This document shows positions 52,562 through 53,304 of a stretch of DNA of 53,304 bases, one piece after another. The stretch comes from Bifidobacterium breve. Lineage in GTDB: Bacteria > Actinomycetota > Thermoleophilia > Solirubrobacterales > Solirubrobacteraceae. Each line of letters starts with the position of its first letter. The first letter of the stretch is position 1. The stretch covers positions 1 to 53,304 of the forward strand of contig CAMDLG010000001.1 in assembly GCA_945901565.1 (NCBI GenBank), read 5' to 3'. Under the pieces are notes generated by a model. That model had not been told where the DNA came from. It saw only the letters and a program-made list of their open reading frames with translations, and did not search any database. The position numbers and the translations under genes were made by a program.

Positions 52562-53304
52562 CTAGTTCGCTGCAGGTGACGGTGGCGTGGCGCCAACCTG
52601 CCTGTAGAGGTACTTGCTAAAGCGCGCGGTCATCACACAGTACGGGCCGGGGTCGGGCCAGCTCTTGAAGTTGCCGAGCACCGCCGTAGGACCCTTCTTT
52701 GCGCGCAGCTGAATCGTTTCACGCTGGCGGTCAGCGGTCATTCGATCGCATAACCCGCGGACAAAATCGCGCAGCAAGATGTGGTAGTTGAGCGGCGACG
52801 ATTCGCCCGGCTGGTAGTAGGACCATGAGCCAGAGTCGGATTGCGGCAGTTCATAGCGACCTTCGCGCTGGCCATCGAGCCAGAGCTGGCGTGAGAGTTT
52901 GTCGCCGCTGATCTCCGAGAGGTCGTGAAGGCCGATCAGCGACTGGTAGAAGGCGTTGAAGATTCGCTGCCCGGGGGCGTAGGAATAAGCGACGTAGTAG
53001 GAGCCGTGCGAGGTTTTGAGCCGCACGCCGCTGGGAGGGCGAGTGCGGAATGCGCCGAGGCCGTCGCGTGCAACCTGGAGGAGATGTGGTCGCTTCAGCC
53101 GCTCCGATGCCCGCGCCAATGCCTGAATCGCCGTGCCCTGAGAGAGGCTACTGATCCAGGGCGGTTTGCCGCCGCCGAACTGGAATAGGTACTCCCAGGC
53201 AACACCGTTAGCGCGCTTAACCGATAGGCGATCAACCTCATCGGCGAGGTCACCAAGTTCACGCGCTTGGCTTTTTACGGTCCACAGCGCGTTCATGTGG
53301 CCGA
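52562..53304 (-). CDS. D-glucuronyl C5-epimerase C-terminal-domain-like protein, 5' end outside the window
   Basis: GGGKPPWISSLSQGTAIQALARA...AFYQSLIGLHDL resembles the C5-epimerase C-terminal (alpha/alpha toroid) family. The frame remains open beyond the ATG at 53296 to the window edge. Confidence 0.5.
   Translation of the reverse strand, partial: GHMNALWTVKSQARELGDLADEVDRLSVKRANGVAWEYLFQFGGGKPPWISSLSQGTAIQALARASERLKRPHLLQVARDGLGAFRTRPPSGVRLKTSHGSYYVAYSYAPGQRIFNAFYQSLIGLHDLSEISGDKLSRQLWLDGQREGRYELPQSDSGSWSYYQPGESSPLNYHILLRDFVRGLCDRMTADRQRETIQLRAKKGPTAVLGNFKSWPDPGPYCVMTARFSKYLYRQVGATPPSPAAN

Noticed and set aside
1-53304. A search by eye for CRISPR arrays, tRNA/rRNA genes, IS elements, integrases, and large direct or tandem repeats.
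   Set aside because: I found no regularly spaced repeats, no tRNA T-arm (GGTTCGAATCC-like) motif outside coding context, and no transposase or recombinase-like translations. A manual scan cannot exclude small or degenerate elements, so tRNAscan, Infernal and a repeat finder should be run.

Overview
This is a visibly GC-rich chromosomal segment, roughly 60-65% G+C by eye and not computed. It carries an actinobacterial gene signature: actinobacterial-type integration host factor mIHF, HemQ/ChdC, a six-gene mce cluster with YrbE permeases, an MMPL/RND transporter and a PimA-like GT4. I support about 55 tightly packed protein-coding genes, many with 1-4 nt start/stop overlaps. I recognised no rRNA, tRNA, CRISPR array, transposase, integrase or prophage module.

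Gene content from left to right:
- a beta-keto-acid/CoA catabolic trio (mmsA-like ALDH, BKACE, family III CoA-transferase);
- DUF2804, a nitrilase-superfamily hydrolase and a TetR regulator;
- a cluster of four tiny membrane proteins (DUF4235-like, Holin-X-like, DUF3618-like);
- DegV, a DHA2 MFS transporter, and an Fe-S trafficking trio (BolA-Grx4 divergent from an A-type carrier);
- AlkA-like glycosylase and HemQ;
- an envelope pair (large polytopic protein, then GT4 fused to a flippase-like domain);
- a GIY-YIG protein, then metH with a structured terminator-containing leader;
- a nitrogen block (GS type III divergent from amt-glnK);
- a 16.6-kb, 17-gene co-directional array (yrbEAB-mceG-mceABCDEF-MMPL-thioredoxin-like-B3/4-two hypotheticals-VOC);
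- mIHF, then an SPT-like alpha-oxoamine synthase head-to-head with a large GNAT-like protein;
- an orphan SBP, cspA and a Baeyer-Villiger-type monooxygenase;
- a co-directional C5-epimerase-like/EVE/membrane/MoxR/VWA(CoxE) array that runs off the right edge.

The most promising leads for undescribed biology are:
- the extended mce-MMPL array and its odd tail genes;
- the EVE-membrane-MoxR-VWA array;
- the SPT-like/GNAT pair, a possible ceramide-type lipid module;
- the unclassified metH leader RNA.

All functional calls come from reading the translations and recalling family motifs. No database search was run.
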